Below are positions 45,110 to 54,290 of a DNA stretch of 64,000 nucleotides, one piece after another. Numbering within the stretch: position 1 is the stretch's first letter; every line of letters starts with the position of its first letter. The notes below the pieces were generated by a model. It saw only the letters and a list, made by a program, of their open reading frames with translations, searched no databases and was not told the origin of the DNA. A program made the position numbers and the translations under genes. This DNA comes from an uncultured bacterium (GTDB lineage: Bacteria; Muiribacteriota; Ozemobacteria; Ozemobacterales; Ozemobacteraceae): assembly GCA_964428355.1 (NCBI GenBank), contig CAYRYU010000026.1, positions 11,521 through 75,520 of the forward strand. The letters are read 5' to 3'.

Positions 45110-46954
45110 TCAACCTGCCGATTTGGCGGGGACCTCCGGAGCTGCAACGAACTGGCGATCGTACAACCTCTTGTAGAGCCCCCCTTTCCGACACAACTCA
45201 TCGTGGGTTCCACGCTCCACCAGCCGGCCCGACTCAACCACGCAGATGAGATCGGCATTCCGGATGGTCGTGAGCCGGTGCGCGATAACGACGGCGGTGC
45301 GGCCCGCCAGAAGACGTTCCAGGGCCTCCTGGATCAGCCTTTCGGTGATCGTGTCCACGCTGGCGGTCGCCTCGTCCAGGATCAGGATGCGCGGATCGGC
45401 CAGGATCGCCCTGGCGATGCAAACCAACTGCCGCTGTCCTATCGAAAGATTGACTCCCCCTTCCAGGATTCGCGTGTGATACCCCTCCGGAAGAGCCTTG
45501 ATGAATTCGTGCGCGTTCGCCGACCTCGCCGCCGATTCCACTTCCGCCATGGGAGATCCGGGGCGTGAGAACCTGATATTGTCCGCCACGGATCCGTTGA
45601 AGAGGAAGGGATCCTGCGGGACGAGGCCCATCTGACCCCGAAGCGACCGTTGGGTGACGCTCCGGACGTCGATTCCGTCGATCGTGACCGCTCCCGCAGT
45701 CACATCGTGCAACCGCGCGATCAGGCCCGCGATCGTGGTCTTCCCCGCACCGGTGGGCCCGACCAGGGCGACCGTCCGTCCGGGTTCGATGACGAGGTCG
45801 ACCCCGGTCAGGACAGGTGTCCCGGGGACATAGTGAAATCCGACGCCGCAAAGCTCGACCTTTCCGGAAACCCTCGGAAGTTCGAACGCGTCCGGGGAAT
45901 CTCCGAGTTCCGGAACCGTGTGGAGCAGCTCCAGAACCCTCTCCCCGCCGGCCATCGCGGATTGCATTGTGGAGTACAACTGGGAAAGGTCCTGTATGGG
46001 CTGGAAGAACCGCGTCACGTAGGCGAGAAACGCAACGACCGTCCCGAGCGTGATCTCCCCGCGGGCGACGGCGGCGCCGCCCACCCACAGCACGGTTCCC
46101 GTCGCAAGCAGCGCCAGGAAATCCACGGTCGGCAGGAACAGGAATGACAGGGACATCGCGTCGATGTTGGCATCCCGGTTCGCGCGATTCACCTCCTCGA
46201 ACCTCTCGGCTGAAACCCCCTCCCGAGCGAAGGCCTGGATGACCCGGATCCCCGAAATGTCCTCCGCAAGTCCGCCGACCACGGCCGCGATCCTGTTCCG
46301 GGTCTGTCGGAAAGCGGCCCGGGCCTTTCTCGAGAAGATCCAGGTTGCCGAAAGCATCAGCGGCAGTACGGCAAATGCCGCCAGCGCGAGCTTCACGTTC
46401 ATCGAGAGCATGACCATGACGATCCCCGAAAAGACCACGGCATCTCCCAGAAGAGTCGCGACTCCCTCCGAAAGGAGATCGTTTATCACGGCGACATCGT
46501 TGATTACCCGCGAGATCGTGACGCCGACGATATGGGTATGGTGATACGAAACCGGCAACTCCTGAAGATGCCGGAAAAGACTTCCCCGGAGTGTCTCGAG
46601 AACCCGGAGCCCCACCCTGGAAAGCAGATACTGCTGGGAAGCAGTCGCCACGTAGATTCCAAGGAATGCCGTTGCCATGAGGAATGAAGTGAAAACGAGT
46701 CCCTGGACGTCACCGGAAGCGATGTCCCGGTCGATGGCAACCTTTACCAGACAGGGAGTCGTCAGGGCAAGAGCGGAGGAAACCGTCATCAGCCCAAGTG
46801 CTCCCGCCATCCTCTTCCAGTGCGGAACAAGGAAACGGAGCAGGCCGGCCAGGACCCCGGCATCGAAAGCCCGCCCTTCGGTTTCCTTCCCGAACTTCTG
46901 GATCGCGCTGCGGGGCCCCATGGAGGAACCCGTCGACCCGATGGAAAAGCTCAT
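45110..46954 (-). CDS. ABC exporter permease/ATPase fusion (consensus Walker B-Glu and switch His; degenerate LSIGQ signature)
   Basis: 6-TM exporter domain plus NBD. Walker A GPTGAGKTT, signature LSIGQRQ, Walker B ILILDEATASVD, switch VVIAHRL. The ATGA overlaps the upstream gene. Confidence 0.92.
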   Translation of the reverse strand: MSFSIGSTGSSMGPRSAIQKFGKETEGRAFDAGVLAGLLRFLVPHWKRMAGALGLMTVSSALALTTPCLVKVAIDRDIASGDVQGLVFTSFLMATAFLGIYVATASQQYLLSRVGLRVLETLRGSLFRHLQELPVSYHHTHIVGVTISRVINDVAVINDLLSEGVATLLGDAVVFSGIVMVMLSMNVKLALAAFAVLPLMLSATWIFSRKARAAFRQTRNRIAAVVGGLAEDISGIRVIQAFAREGVSAERFEEVNRANRDANIDAMSLSFLFLPTVDFLALLATGTVLWVGGAAVARGEITLGTVVAFLAYVTRFFQPIQDLSQLYSTMQSAMAGGERVLELLHTVPELGDSPDAFELPRVSGKVELCGVGFHYVPGTPVLTGVDLVIEPGRTVALVGPTGAGKTTIAGLIARLHDVTAGAVTIDGIDVRSVTQRSLRGQMGLVPQDPFLFNGSVADNIRFSRPGSPMAEVESAARSANAHEFIKALPEGYHTRILEGGVNLSIGQRQLVCIARAILADPRILILDEATASVDTITERLIQEALERLLAGRTAVVIAHRLTTIRNADLICVVESGRLVERGTHDELCRKGGLYKRLYDRQFVAAPEVPAKSAG

Positions 46955-48690
46955 GGATTGCCACTCTCCGACTGTCTGTGGTAAAGCTCCGCATAAAGCC
47001 CAGAAGAACGCAACAATTCCTCATGCTTACCGCTTGCGGCGATTCTTCCCTGTTCGAGGATCAGAACCTGGTCGGCTTTCCTCAAGGTGCTCATCCGCTG
47101 TGCGATCACGAAGCAGGTTCTTCCTTCCATCAATTTTCCCAAAGCCGCCTGGATCAACTCCTCGGTTCCCGTGTCCACGCTTGCCGTGGCATCGTCGAGT
47201 ATCAGTATTTTCGGGTCTTTGAGGAGGGTCCGCGCAATCGCGATACGTTGTTTCTGGCCGCCCGAGAGGGTCACCCCCCTTTCCCCGATGACGGTATCGT
47301 AGCCGTTCGGAAGCTCCAGGATGAAACCGTGCGCCTGGGCGGCCGTGGCCGCGGCAATCAGCTCGGGCTCACTCGCTCCCGGCCGTCCGAAGAGGAGGTT
47401 TTCCCTGACCGTGGTCGCAAAAAGCGTGGTCTCCTGCAACACGATACCTACCTGGTCCCTGAGGGAGGCGAGGGTCACATCCTTGCTGTCTAACCCGTCG
47501 ATGAGGATCCTTCCCCCCGTCGGATCGTAGAATCGGGGAATCAGGTTGATGATGGTCGACTTTCCCGACCCCGTCGTTCCCAGGATCGCCACGACGGTTC
47601 CCCGGTCGGCCCTGAACGTGACGTTTTTCAGGATCCGGTGTCCCCGGAAATAGGCGAAGGATACACCTTCGAACAGCACCTCCCCACGCACGGGAGGAAG
47701 AGGTCGCGCGCCAGGGGAATCCCTGACCTCTGAAACCGCGTCGAGAATCTCGAAGATCCGTTCACCGGCCGCCGAGGCCTGGGCAACAGCGGGAATGATC
47801 GTCCCGATCCGCCGGACGGGCACGATCAGAAGGCCGAGATACGTGGAGAACGCGACGAGCTCACCAAGTGTCAAGCCCCCGCCGATCACGAGCCATCCCC
47901 CGTATCCGATTATGATTACCGAAGCCAGGTTCGCTATGAGGTCGATCAGCGGAGAGTTCAGTGCCTGGATCCTCGCGACTCCGGAGGTGAGGGTGAACCA
48001 TCGGCGGTTTTCACGGGAGAACCTTCCGATCTCGGCTTCTTCCTGGGCGAAGGCCTTGACTATCCGGACTCCCCGAAGGTTCTGTTCGAGGCGGGTGGTC
48101 ACCTTGGCCAGCTGCTTCTGGACGATTAGGGCCATGGGCCTGAGCCGACTTCCGAGTGAAAACGCGCGCCATGCAAGGAGGGGCATCGTCGACAGGGACA
48201 GCAATGCAAGGCGGGGGTTCATCCAGGCAAGCATCAGCCCGGTTCCAACCAGGAGGATCACCCCATCGGCGATACGGAGGAAGGCTCGCCCGGTGATGAA
48301 GCGGATCCGTTCCACATCCTGGATTGCCCGGGTCAAAAGCTGGCCTGTCTCGCTCCTGTCATGATAGGAGAAGGAAAGGCGGGAAAGCTGCCGGTGGATG
48401 GCATTCCGGAGATCGTATGCGACGCTCTGGGAGGCGGTTTCGCTCCATCTTCCCTGGAGGAATCCCAGGCCGCTTTTCAGGAAGGCGAGCACCAGAAGCG
48501 CGATCACGGAATCCGAAACGACCGATGGATCCTTCCCTCCGATCCCGTGATCGACGATCCACCGGACGAACTGGGGGATCGCGAGCGCCAACCCGTTGAT
48601 GGCAAGGAGGGCCAGGTAGCCTCCCAGCGTCAGGCCCCAATAAGGCCGAAGCAATCCCAGACACCGCCAAAGGATCTTCCCAGAATTCAT
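46951..48690 (-). CDS. ABC exporter permease/ATPase fusion (degenerate catalytic residues; consensus LSGGQ signature)
   Basis: Start chosen at ATG 48690 (MNSGKILWRCLGLLRPYW). Walker A GTTGSGKST, signature LSGGQKQR, Walker B ILILDDATASVD (Glu to Asp), switch FVIAQRM (His to Gln). Confidence 0.92.
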   Translation of the reverse strand: MNSGKILWRCLGLLRPYWGLTLGGYLALLAINGLALAIPQFVRWIVDHGIGGKDPSVVSDSVIALLVLAFLKSGLGFLQGRWSETASQSVAYDLRNAIHRQLSRLSFSYHDRSETGQLLTRAIQDVERIRFITGRAFLRIADGVILLVGTGLMLAWMNPRLALLSLSTMPLLAWRAFSLGSRLRPMALIVQKQLAKVTTRLEQNLRGVRIVKAFAQEEAEIGRFSRENRRWFTLTSGVARIQALNSPLIDLIANLASVIIIGYGGWLVIGGGLTLGELVAFSTYLGLLIVPVRRIGTIIPAVAQASAAGERIFEILDAVSEVRDSPGARPLPPVRGEVLFEGVSFAYFRGHRILKNVTFRADRGTVVAILGTTGSGKSTIINLIPRFYDPTGGRILIDGLDSKDVTLASLRDQVGIVLQETTLFATTVRENLLFGRPGASEPELIAAATAAQAHGFILELPNGYDTVIGERGVTLSGGQKQRIAIARTLLKDPKILILDDATASVDTGTEELIQAALGKLMEGRTCFVIAQRMSTLRKADQVLILEQGRIAASGKHEELLRSSGLYAELYHRQSESGNP

Positions 48691-48869
48691 CCGGTCACCG
48701 ACGTTCTTCCACTTCGATGCGATTCCCTTCCGCTTGTGAGAGGACCATTCCTCACCCGTTCCGGCGAAAGAATGGAATGTCCGGAATGGGTAAACGATTT
48801 CGCCGGAGCTGGAAGATGGTATCATCTTTGTGGGAATTTCCGGATGGGGAATTCTTTTCGGAGGGAAAA

Positions 48870-50003
48870 ATGAAGAGATTCCATTGGCTCGCGGTCTTGG
48901 CCCTGCTTCTTGGTGGATTGCCAGGAAGCGACCACCATGCTTCTGCCCAGGGGAGCCCCCAGATCGAGAAGCTCAGGGACTCACTCGACCAGAATCCCGA
49001 GAATGCAACGGGCTGGTACAACCTTGGCGTCCTCTATCTTCAGAAAGACCAGCTCGAGGAAGCACACGAAAGTTTCCAGAAAGCCATCGAGGTGAATCCG
49101 GAGTTGGCGGTGGCCCACTACAACCTTGGGATAACGTGCCAGAAACTGAAGCGGCTGGAAGACGCGGCAGCAGCTTTCCAGAGGGCGGGAGAGCTCGACA
49201 GTTCAAACGGATCCGCTTTCCTGAACCTGGGCGGTGCCTTGCAGGGGCAGGGAAAGTTCGCCGAAGCGGCCGAAGCCTACCGACAGGCGGCGGCCATCAA
49301 CCCCCAGGACGTCGAGTCCCAGTTCGGTCTTGCCTGGATGCTCTGGCAATCGGGCCAGGTGGACGCCGCCGAAGAGCAGTATCCGGTCCTCGCGGCTCTC
49401 GACAAGACCCGGGCGGACAATCTGTACAACCAGTACAGGCAGGCGCGCGCGGCTGGCGCGACCGGCGAGGGGAACCTTCTCTCCGCGGTCCAGAAAGGGG
49501 CAAAAGACGAGGTCGAGCAGATCCTGGTGAAGGGTGCCGACCCCAACCAACCCGGTGAGGGAGGGAAACTCCCGCTTCATCTGGCCATCGAGACGGGCAA
49601 GAACGATATCGTCGATCTTCTGCTTTCTAACAAGGCGGATCCCCAGTCCAGGGATGGGCTGAACCAGACCCCACTCCACGTTGCAGCCTGGAAGAACAAC
49701 GCCCAGGCCGCCCGGGCTCTTCTTGCGGCCGGTGCCCCGGTGGATGCCCGGGGATTCGATTCCCCCGCCGATGGCCCGAGCGAAACGACCCCGTTGATCA
49801 TGGCGGCACAGTCTGACGCCGTCGAGGTTGCCGAGATCCTGATCGAGGCGAAGGCTGACGTGAACGCCCTGACGAACGTCAAGAACGGAACGTTCCGCCG
49901 TTCAGCCCTTTTCTGGGCTGAGAAGAGCAACTCCAACCGGGTTGCCGAACTCCTTCGGAAGCATGGCGCGGAAAAGTTTCCGTCCGGAGCTACCCAGAAC
50001 TGA
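48870..50003 (+). CDS. secreted TPR + ankyrin repeat protein
   Basis: ATG at 48870 after GGAGGGA. Signal peptide MKRFHWLAVLALLLGGLPG. TPR units (GWYNLGVLYLQKDQLEEAHESFQKAIEVNPE...). Ankyrin units (KLPLHLAIETGKNDIVDLLLSNKADPQSRDGLNQTPLHVAAWKNNAQAARALLAAGAP). Confidence 0.85.
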   Translation: MKRFHWLAVLALLLGGLPGSDHHASAQGSPQIEKLRDSLDQNPENATGWYNLGVLYLQKDQLEEAHESFQKAIEVNPELAVAHYNLGITCQKLKRLEDAAAAFQRAGELDSSNGSAFLNLGGALQGQGKFAEAAEAYRQAAAINPQDVESQFGLAWMLWQSGQVDAAEEQYPVLAALDKTRADNLYNQYRQARAAGATGEGNLLSAVQKGAKDEVEQILVKGADPNQPGEGGKLPLHLAIETGKNDIVDLLLSNKADPQSRDGLNQTPLHVAAWKNNAQAARALLAAGAPVDARGFDSPADGPSETTPLIMAAQSDAVEVAEILIEAKADVNALTNVKNGTFRRSALFWAEKSNSNRVAELLRKHGAEKFPSGATQN

Positions 50004-50090
50004 ATCCGGTCGGGTCGGGTGAACCTGGCCTTCCAGATGTCCCGAGCCAGACCCCAGTTTCCGCCTGGAGTTGGTGCCTGCCCCGTTTCT

Positions 50091-50771
50091 TCAGTTTCCG
50101 GTTGCGTCTCCGCCCGGAACTCCGCAAAAGGCGGCAAACCTGGGATGCAGGAACACCAGATGGCGGAAGGTGTCGACCAGGATGGACAGCCCCGCGAGGA
50201 GATTCTTCAACCCGATCTCACACGCCGAATCGTCCGTCGTCCAAAGGTGCTCCTGGCCGATGCTTCCGGTATCGACCAGCCGCCCCGCCCGGCGTCCGAG
50301 TTTTCGCCCTGGATAGAGACAGTCGAGCAACTGGGTAAAGGACTCGTTGAACCACTGGAAGTTCTGGTTCGCCTGGTCGACGAGGAGACCCATCGGCCCA
50401 TCGAGAACCGGGCCTTCGGGGAACTTCGGGTTGAAGATCCCATCGACCTCCTTCTTGAAATAGATCGCGTTCCCGGTGTTGAGGGTTTTCTCGAGCGCAT
50501 GGATCAGCGACAGGAAGATCGCGGCATGCGTCATGAGTTCCCTTGTCATGATCAGGCCTGGAAGTATCTTTGCGGTGAAGTACATCTCGTATGCCGTCTT
50601 CCCAAGATGGACCGACAACTCGTACAAGAGCCGGTAGTAGATCTCGAGCTTCAGGAACAGATCGCCTTTCGGAGTGGAAATGACTTCTCCGGTCGCTTCC
50701 GGGAGCGCAAGTTTGCCCAGCTCCCCCTGAAGTTGGAATACCTCCATCAACAGTTCGGTTTTTCTGCTCAT
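50091..50771 (-). CDS. all-helical hypothetical protein
   Basis: 226 aa ORF occupying the space between two plus-strand genes. No confident domain. It contains one R-x4-H string (RELMTH), which is not enough to call a HEPN domain. Confidence 0.6.
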   Translation of the reverse strand: MSRKTELLMEVFQLQGELGKLALPEATGEVISTPKGDLFLKLEIYYRLLYELSVHLGKTAYEMYFTAKILPGLIMTRELMTHAAIFLSLIHALEKTLNTGNAIYFKKEVDGIFNPKFPEGPVLDGPMGLLVDQANQNFQWFNESFTQLLDCLYPGRKLGRRAGRLVDTGSIGQEHLWTTDDSACEIGLKNLLAGLSILVDTFRHLVFLHPRFAAFCGVPGGDATGN

Positions 50772-50966
50772 CCCCTAGATCCTTTCTCTTTTCCGTTAGC
50801 CCTCTTGGTGGCTCTGAACAATGATATCACGGTCGACCGTCGGGCAAAACCGTCCGACTTCTTCCGGGCCATCACCCCTGTTGTGCTATCATCTCACGAG
50901 TCCTCACCTCAACTGATGGAGGGGCCCCGTGGGTATCCCGGAGATGATCGATTCGCTTCACCCGCT

Positions 50967-52940
50967 ATGATCCGAAGAAATCCTTCGTACCGCGGCTTTG
51001 TCCTTCCCCTGGTGCTGCTGATCCTTTTCCTGGTTGCATCCTTCGCGATCTCCTATTTCCAGTTCGGAAGATTCTCCCAATCAACCTCGTTCAGACTCGA
51101 GCTCAGGGAAGCCTGCCGGATGTATTCTCAGTCCGCCCTCGAGGAAGGATTGATCAAGTTCCATCTCGAAACCGCCCGTGAGGATTCCGAAGCGGGCAAA
51201 TGGCTCCTGGGTAACGATCCCACGATGACCTTGGGTGTTCCGACGACCGATCTGGCGATGAGCACCAACCCCTGGGGGTTCAGCCACTTCCTCAAGCTGG
51301 AAATCTCCCGCGTCGATTGCCGGACCAAGGGGATCACGGGAACCCCATTCTTCGGCAAGGAACGCCTTGGAACGCTAGCCTTCACGGCCTTTTCCGAGTT
51401 TCGGAAGCCCAACGGGGAGAAGATCGTCGGGTGCCAGTTCATCCGGCACCATGAGTTCCGCATCGCGGCAATCGTCACCCCCCAGGAGAAAGGCGCAAAC
51501 CGGACTCAGTACAAGCCAGGATTCACGCTTGATTACTCACTTCTCGTCCGGAACGGATTCGAGGAGTTCCAAAGGACAAACGGAAAGAACCTGAATTCCA
51601 ACCCTCCCCGCCTCGAACTCCTCCAGCCGGGCAAGGAGAAAGCCGGAAAGATCTATTTCGGCGACACCGAATCTTCGGCCGCCGACCCGGATAAGAAGCC
51701 GATTTTCCTCAATATTCACGAATCGCTCGCGGGGATCATCCCCAAAGCTCCCGGGATGACCTCCCTGGGAATCGAGGACCTGGTGAAATTGTTTCCGGAA
51801 CTGGACCGGATCAAGGATCTCATCCCCGGCGTAAAGGGACAGATCATCCAGGAGAACAAACCTCTTTGCTTCGATGCGGACCCGGGGAATTCCCTCGAAA
51901 CGGAAAGCAGGAAGTTCCTTTCGGACAATCCCAGGACACATATCGAGGCAAACGTTGCCCCCGGCCTCTGGATCCTGTCCAGGAATCCCGCGCTCGCATG
52001 CGATCCGGATTTCGCGAAGGAAATCCTCGAGGGATCAGTCCGGCAGAGATTCCACCATTTCGCCTTTTTCCAGATCGATCAGGATTCGATCGCGGACTTT
52101 TCGGACTTCACCAAGGAGACCTTGAAGAAATACAGCCTCAAAGTGTGTTTTCCGTTCGGCATTGCCGGGATCAAGCAGTCGGAAATGAACTTCATCAAGG
52201 GGTTGCGGGAGATTGCCGGTCAGAGGAACGACCCCAATCTGATAGCCCACCTGAATTCCGATTTCCTGTACCAGGGAAAACAGGGACCAAGCCTCCCGGG
52301 TGCAAATCCCTCGTTCGACCGGCCTTCTTTCTTCGACAGGAGGAATCGGCCCGTTCCCATCGATGAAGCCGGTCCCGGGTTGGTTCCATTCCAGAGCCAC
52401 GAGCTCTGGTCAAAGGGGTTTGCCAACCCTACCCAGTTCCAGAATTCGGGATACCTTGACAAACGGACCGGACGCCTGTTTCTGCGCGGGATTCTTTGGA
52501 TCGAGAATGGACGCCTGGTGATCGGGGATTCCACCGACCCTGCCGGAGAAACGAAATTCGCCGGGTGCGGAGCGGTAATGTGCAACGCCCTTGATATCTT
52601 TTCCGGCCTCGAGCCCGAAACGGAAAAGGATATCGTCGTTTTCAACGCCTATCCCAATCGAAGCCTTCCCGGATTATTCCCGGTCAGGATCGGCACATCC
52701 AAGGAGATCCATGCATCGCTGATCGTCACGAACAACCAGTTCACCGGATGTCTCCTCCCGTCTGTCCCGATGAAAATTTCCGGCGCGGTCGTGGTGGACA
52801 TCCTTGGCATGAATTCGTGGGCACCCGGAGAGCACACGATCCAGTATGACGAGCGCCTGAAGCCTGAAAGGGACATATATTCGATCACCATTTCCCCCGT
52901 TCCGCAGTTCCAGAGGATCTCCGAAAGCGACTCCCAATGA
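50967..52940 (+). CDS. giant GspK/PilX-like N-terminally anchored protein (module B, first gene)
   Basis: Start set at ATG 50967 (MIRRNPSYRGFVLPLVLLILFLVASFAISYF) by alignment with the 19253 paralog. The 50019-50966 part of the track ORF is antisense to the 50091-50771 gene. 657 aa. Confidence 0.8.
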   Translation: MIRRNPSYRGFVLPLVLLILFLVASFAISYFQFGRFSQSTSFRLELREACRMYSQSALEEGLIKFHLETAREDSEAGKWLLGNDPTMTLGVPTTDLAMSTNPWGFSHFLKLEISRVDCRTKGITGTPFFGKERLGTLAFTAFSEFRKPNGEKIVGCQFIRHHEFRIAAIVTPQEKGANRTQYKPGFTLDYSLLVRNGFEEFQRTNGKNLNSNPPRLELLQPGKEKAGKIYFGDTESSAADPDKKPIFLNIHESLAGIIPKAPGMTSLGIEDLVKLFPELDRIKDLIPGVKGQIIQENKPLCFDADPGNSLETESRKFLSDNPRTHIEANVAPGLWILSRNPALACDPDFAKEILEGSVRQRFHHFAFFQIDQDSIADFSDFTKETLKKYSLKVCFPFGIAGIKQSEMNFIKGLREIAGQRNDPNLIAHLNSDFLYQGKQGPSLPGANPSFDRPSFFDRRNRPVPIDEAGPGLVPFQSHELWSKGFANPTQFQNSGYLDKRTGRLFLRGILWIENGRLVIGDSTDPAGETKFAGCGAVMCNALDIFSGLEPETEKDIVVFNAYPNRSLPGLFPVRIGTSKEIHASLIVTNNQFTGCLLPSVPMKISGAVVVDILGMNSWAPGEHTIQYDERLKPERDIYSITISPVPQFQRISESDSQ

Positions 52941-53419
52941 TGAAGCGAAAAGGATTTTCCCTTCTCGAGCTCCTGATCGGCTTCCTCATCCTTTCCATCG
53001 GAATCGGGAGTTTCCTCTGGTTGAACCGCATGTCGAACCAGGTCACGATGGACTCCTACTACCGCCTGCTTGCAACGAGATTGGCATGGGAACCGGTGGA
53101 GGTATGCCGGGCAATCGGGTTCTCGAGGTTGAGCCTCCTTCTTCGGAACTCCCCCAACGAGCCTTTGAAGGGATATTCAAACGAATGGATCCAGGTGCCC
53201 GAGAGTCAGGAGAACTCCGGCGGGTTTCCACGGCTTTTTCGACCTCCCGAAGCCTCCCTTTTCGAAAGGAAGGTGGTCTTCGGAGAGTTGAGCGATGGAA
53301 TGACTTCCCACATCGCGATCTCGGTCGAGGTGCGGCTGAAAGGTGAGTCCGCGTGGGGAAGGTTCCTGAAGAGAAATGTCCTGCAGGCCTCGGGCCTGAT
53401 CTGGGAGAAAGTCCCTTGA
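52937..53419 (+). CDS. prepilin-type pseudopilin (module B, second gene)
   Basis: MMKRKG|FSLLELLIGFLILSIGIGSFLWLNRMSNQVTMDSYYRLLATRLAWEP. The ATGA overlaps the upstream stop. Confidence 0.87.
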   Translation: MMKRKGFSLLELLIGFLILSIGIGSFLWLNRMSNQVTMDSYYRLLATRLAWEPVEVCRAIGFSRLSLLLRNSPNEPLKGYSNEWIQVPESQENSGGFPRLFRPPEASLFERKVVFGELSDGMTSHIAISVEVRLKGESAWGRFLKRNVLQASGLIWEKVP

Positions 53420-54225
53420 GAAGGTCGAGAAGACAGGGTTTCACCATGATCGAGGCGATCATTGTCGCAACATTGATTGCACTTCTCGTCATCCCTCTCT
53501 GGGACACCCTCAAGGGCGGGGCGAAGGGAAGCCTTTTCGGGATGCGAAAGATCGACACCTTTCTCGAAGCGGAAAGGATCCTGCGGTTGCTCCATCAGGA
53601 TCTCAAGTGCTCTCTTTTCATCATCCCCAGCGGGAAATTCAACGGGCAGAACTCTTTTCTGCTGGGAAATCCGGGAGGTGTTTCGGCCGGCCCGAAACCG
53701 AACATCGTCGTTACGAAACAGGGAACCTGGCCAAACCTCCGATTTTCGTTCGTCTACTTCCCTTTTCAGGGAGAAATCGATCGGATCGTCGGCGCCGACA
53801 GGTCGGAGGGCCTTGGGAATCGGCTTTTGAACAGGATCGAATATCGGCTCGAGGCATCGAAGGAATACCCTTCCTGCTTTTCACTGGTCAGGAAAGAAGT
53901 CTTCCATCCGGATCACCCCCTGGCGGGGGTGAATCCGGGCGGGGCGGTGGAAAAGGTGCTCAGCAACAGGGTCAATTACTTCGAAATCGAGTGTTTTTCT
54001 CCTCCCGAGGCTCCCGACGTCCAGGTTTTCTGGGTAAGGATTTCCCTGTATGAAACCCCCCCCGCTGGAATTGGAACGAATCCACCCGGAAGCATCCTGG
54101 CAGATTCGGGCAAGATCGTGGAATTCTTCGATACCGTATCATCGGATTTTTTCCAGAACATCCGTCAGACGGTCGGTTATCGTCCCTGTTACCACATCTA
54201 CGGAACCAGCGCTCCAACTGAGTGA
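53416..54225 (+). CDS. prepilin-type pseudopilin (module B, third gene)
   Basis: (TTG)RRSRRQG|FTMIEAIIVATLIALLVIPLW. Proposed TTG start at 53416 overlaps the upstream stop (TTGA); the track ORF begins at 53353. Confidence 0.8.
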   Translation: MRRSRRQGFTMIEAIIVATLIALLVIPLWDTLKGGAKGSLFGMRKIDTFLEAERILRLLHQDLKCSLFIIPSGKFNGQNSFLLGNPGGVSAGPKPNIVVTKQGTWPNLRFSFVYFPFQGEIDRIVGADRSEGLGNRLLNRIEYRLEASKEYPSCFSLVRKEVFHPDHPLAGVNPGGAVEKVLSNRVNYFEIECFSPPEAPDVQVFWVRISLYETPPAGIGTNPPGSILADSGKIVEFFDTVSSDFFQNIRQTVGYRPCYHIYGTSAPTE

Positions 54226-54290
54226 GGCGGGGCTTTCGGGTTCGCTTGCCGGCAAGGATGGTCATTTCCATAACCCATGCCGGAACAGGA

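Noticed and set aside
45234-46088. 284-aa minus-strand ORF inside the ABC gene, in an alternative frame
   Set aside because: It is out of frame with a gene carrying full ABC motifs, and its product is R/G/P-rich.
50091-50771. HEPN-type nuclease call based on the RELMTH string
   Set aside because: A single R-x4-H match in a helical protein is expected by chance and there are no other supporting motifs. It is kept as a hypothetical protein only.
50019-50966. N-terminal 316 codons of track ORF 50019-52940
   Set aside because: The paralog alignment places the real start at 50967 (MIRRNPSYRGFVLPLVLL...). The upstream part overlaps the opposite-strand gene 50091-50771 and has no anchor or homology to the paralogs.
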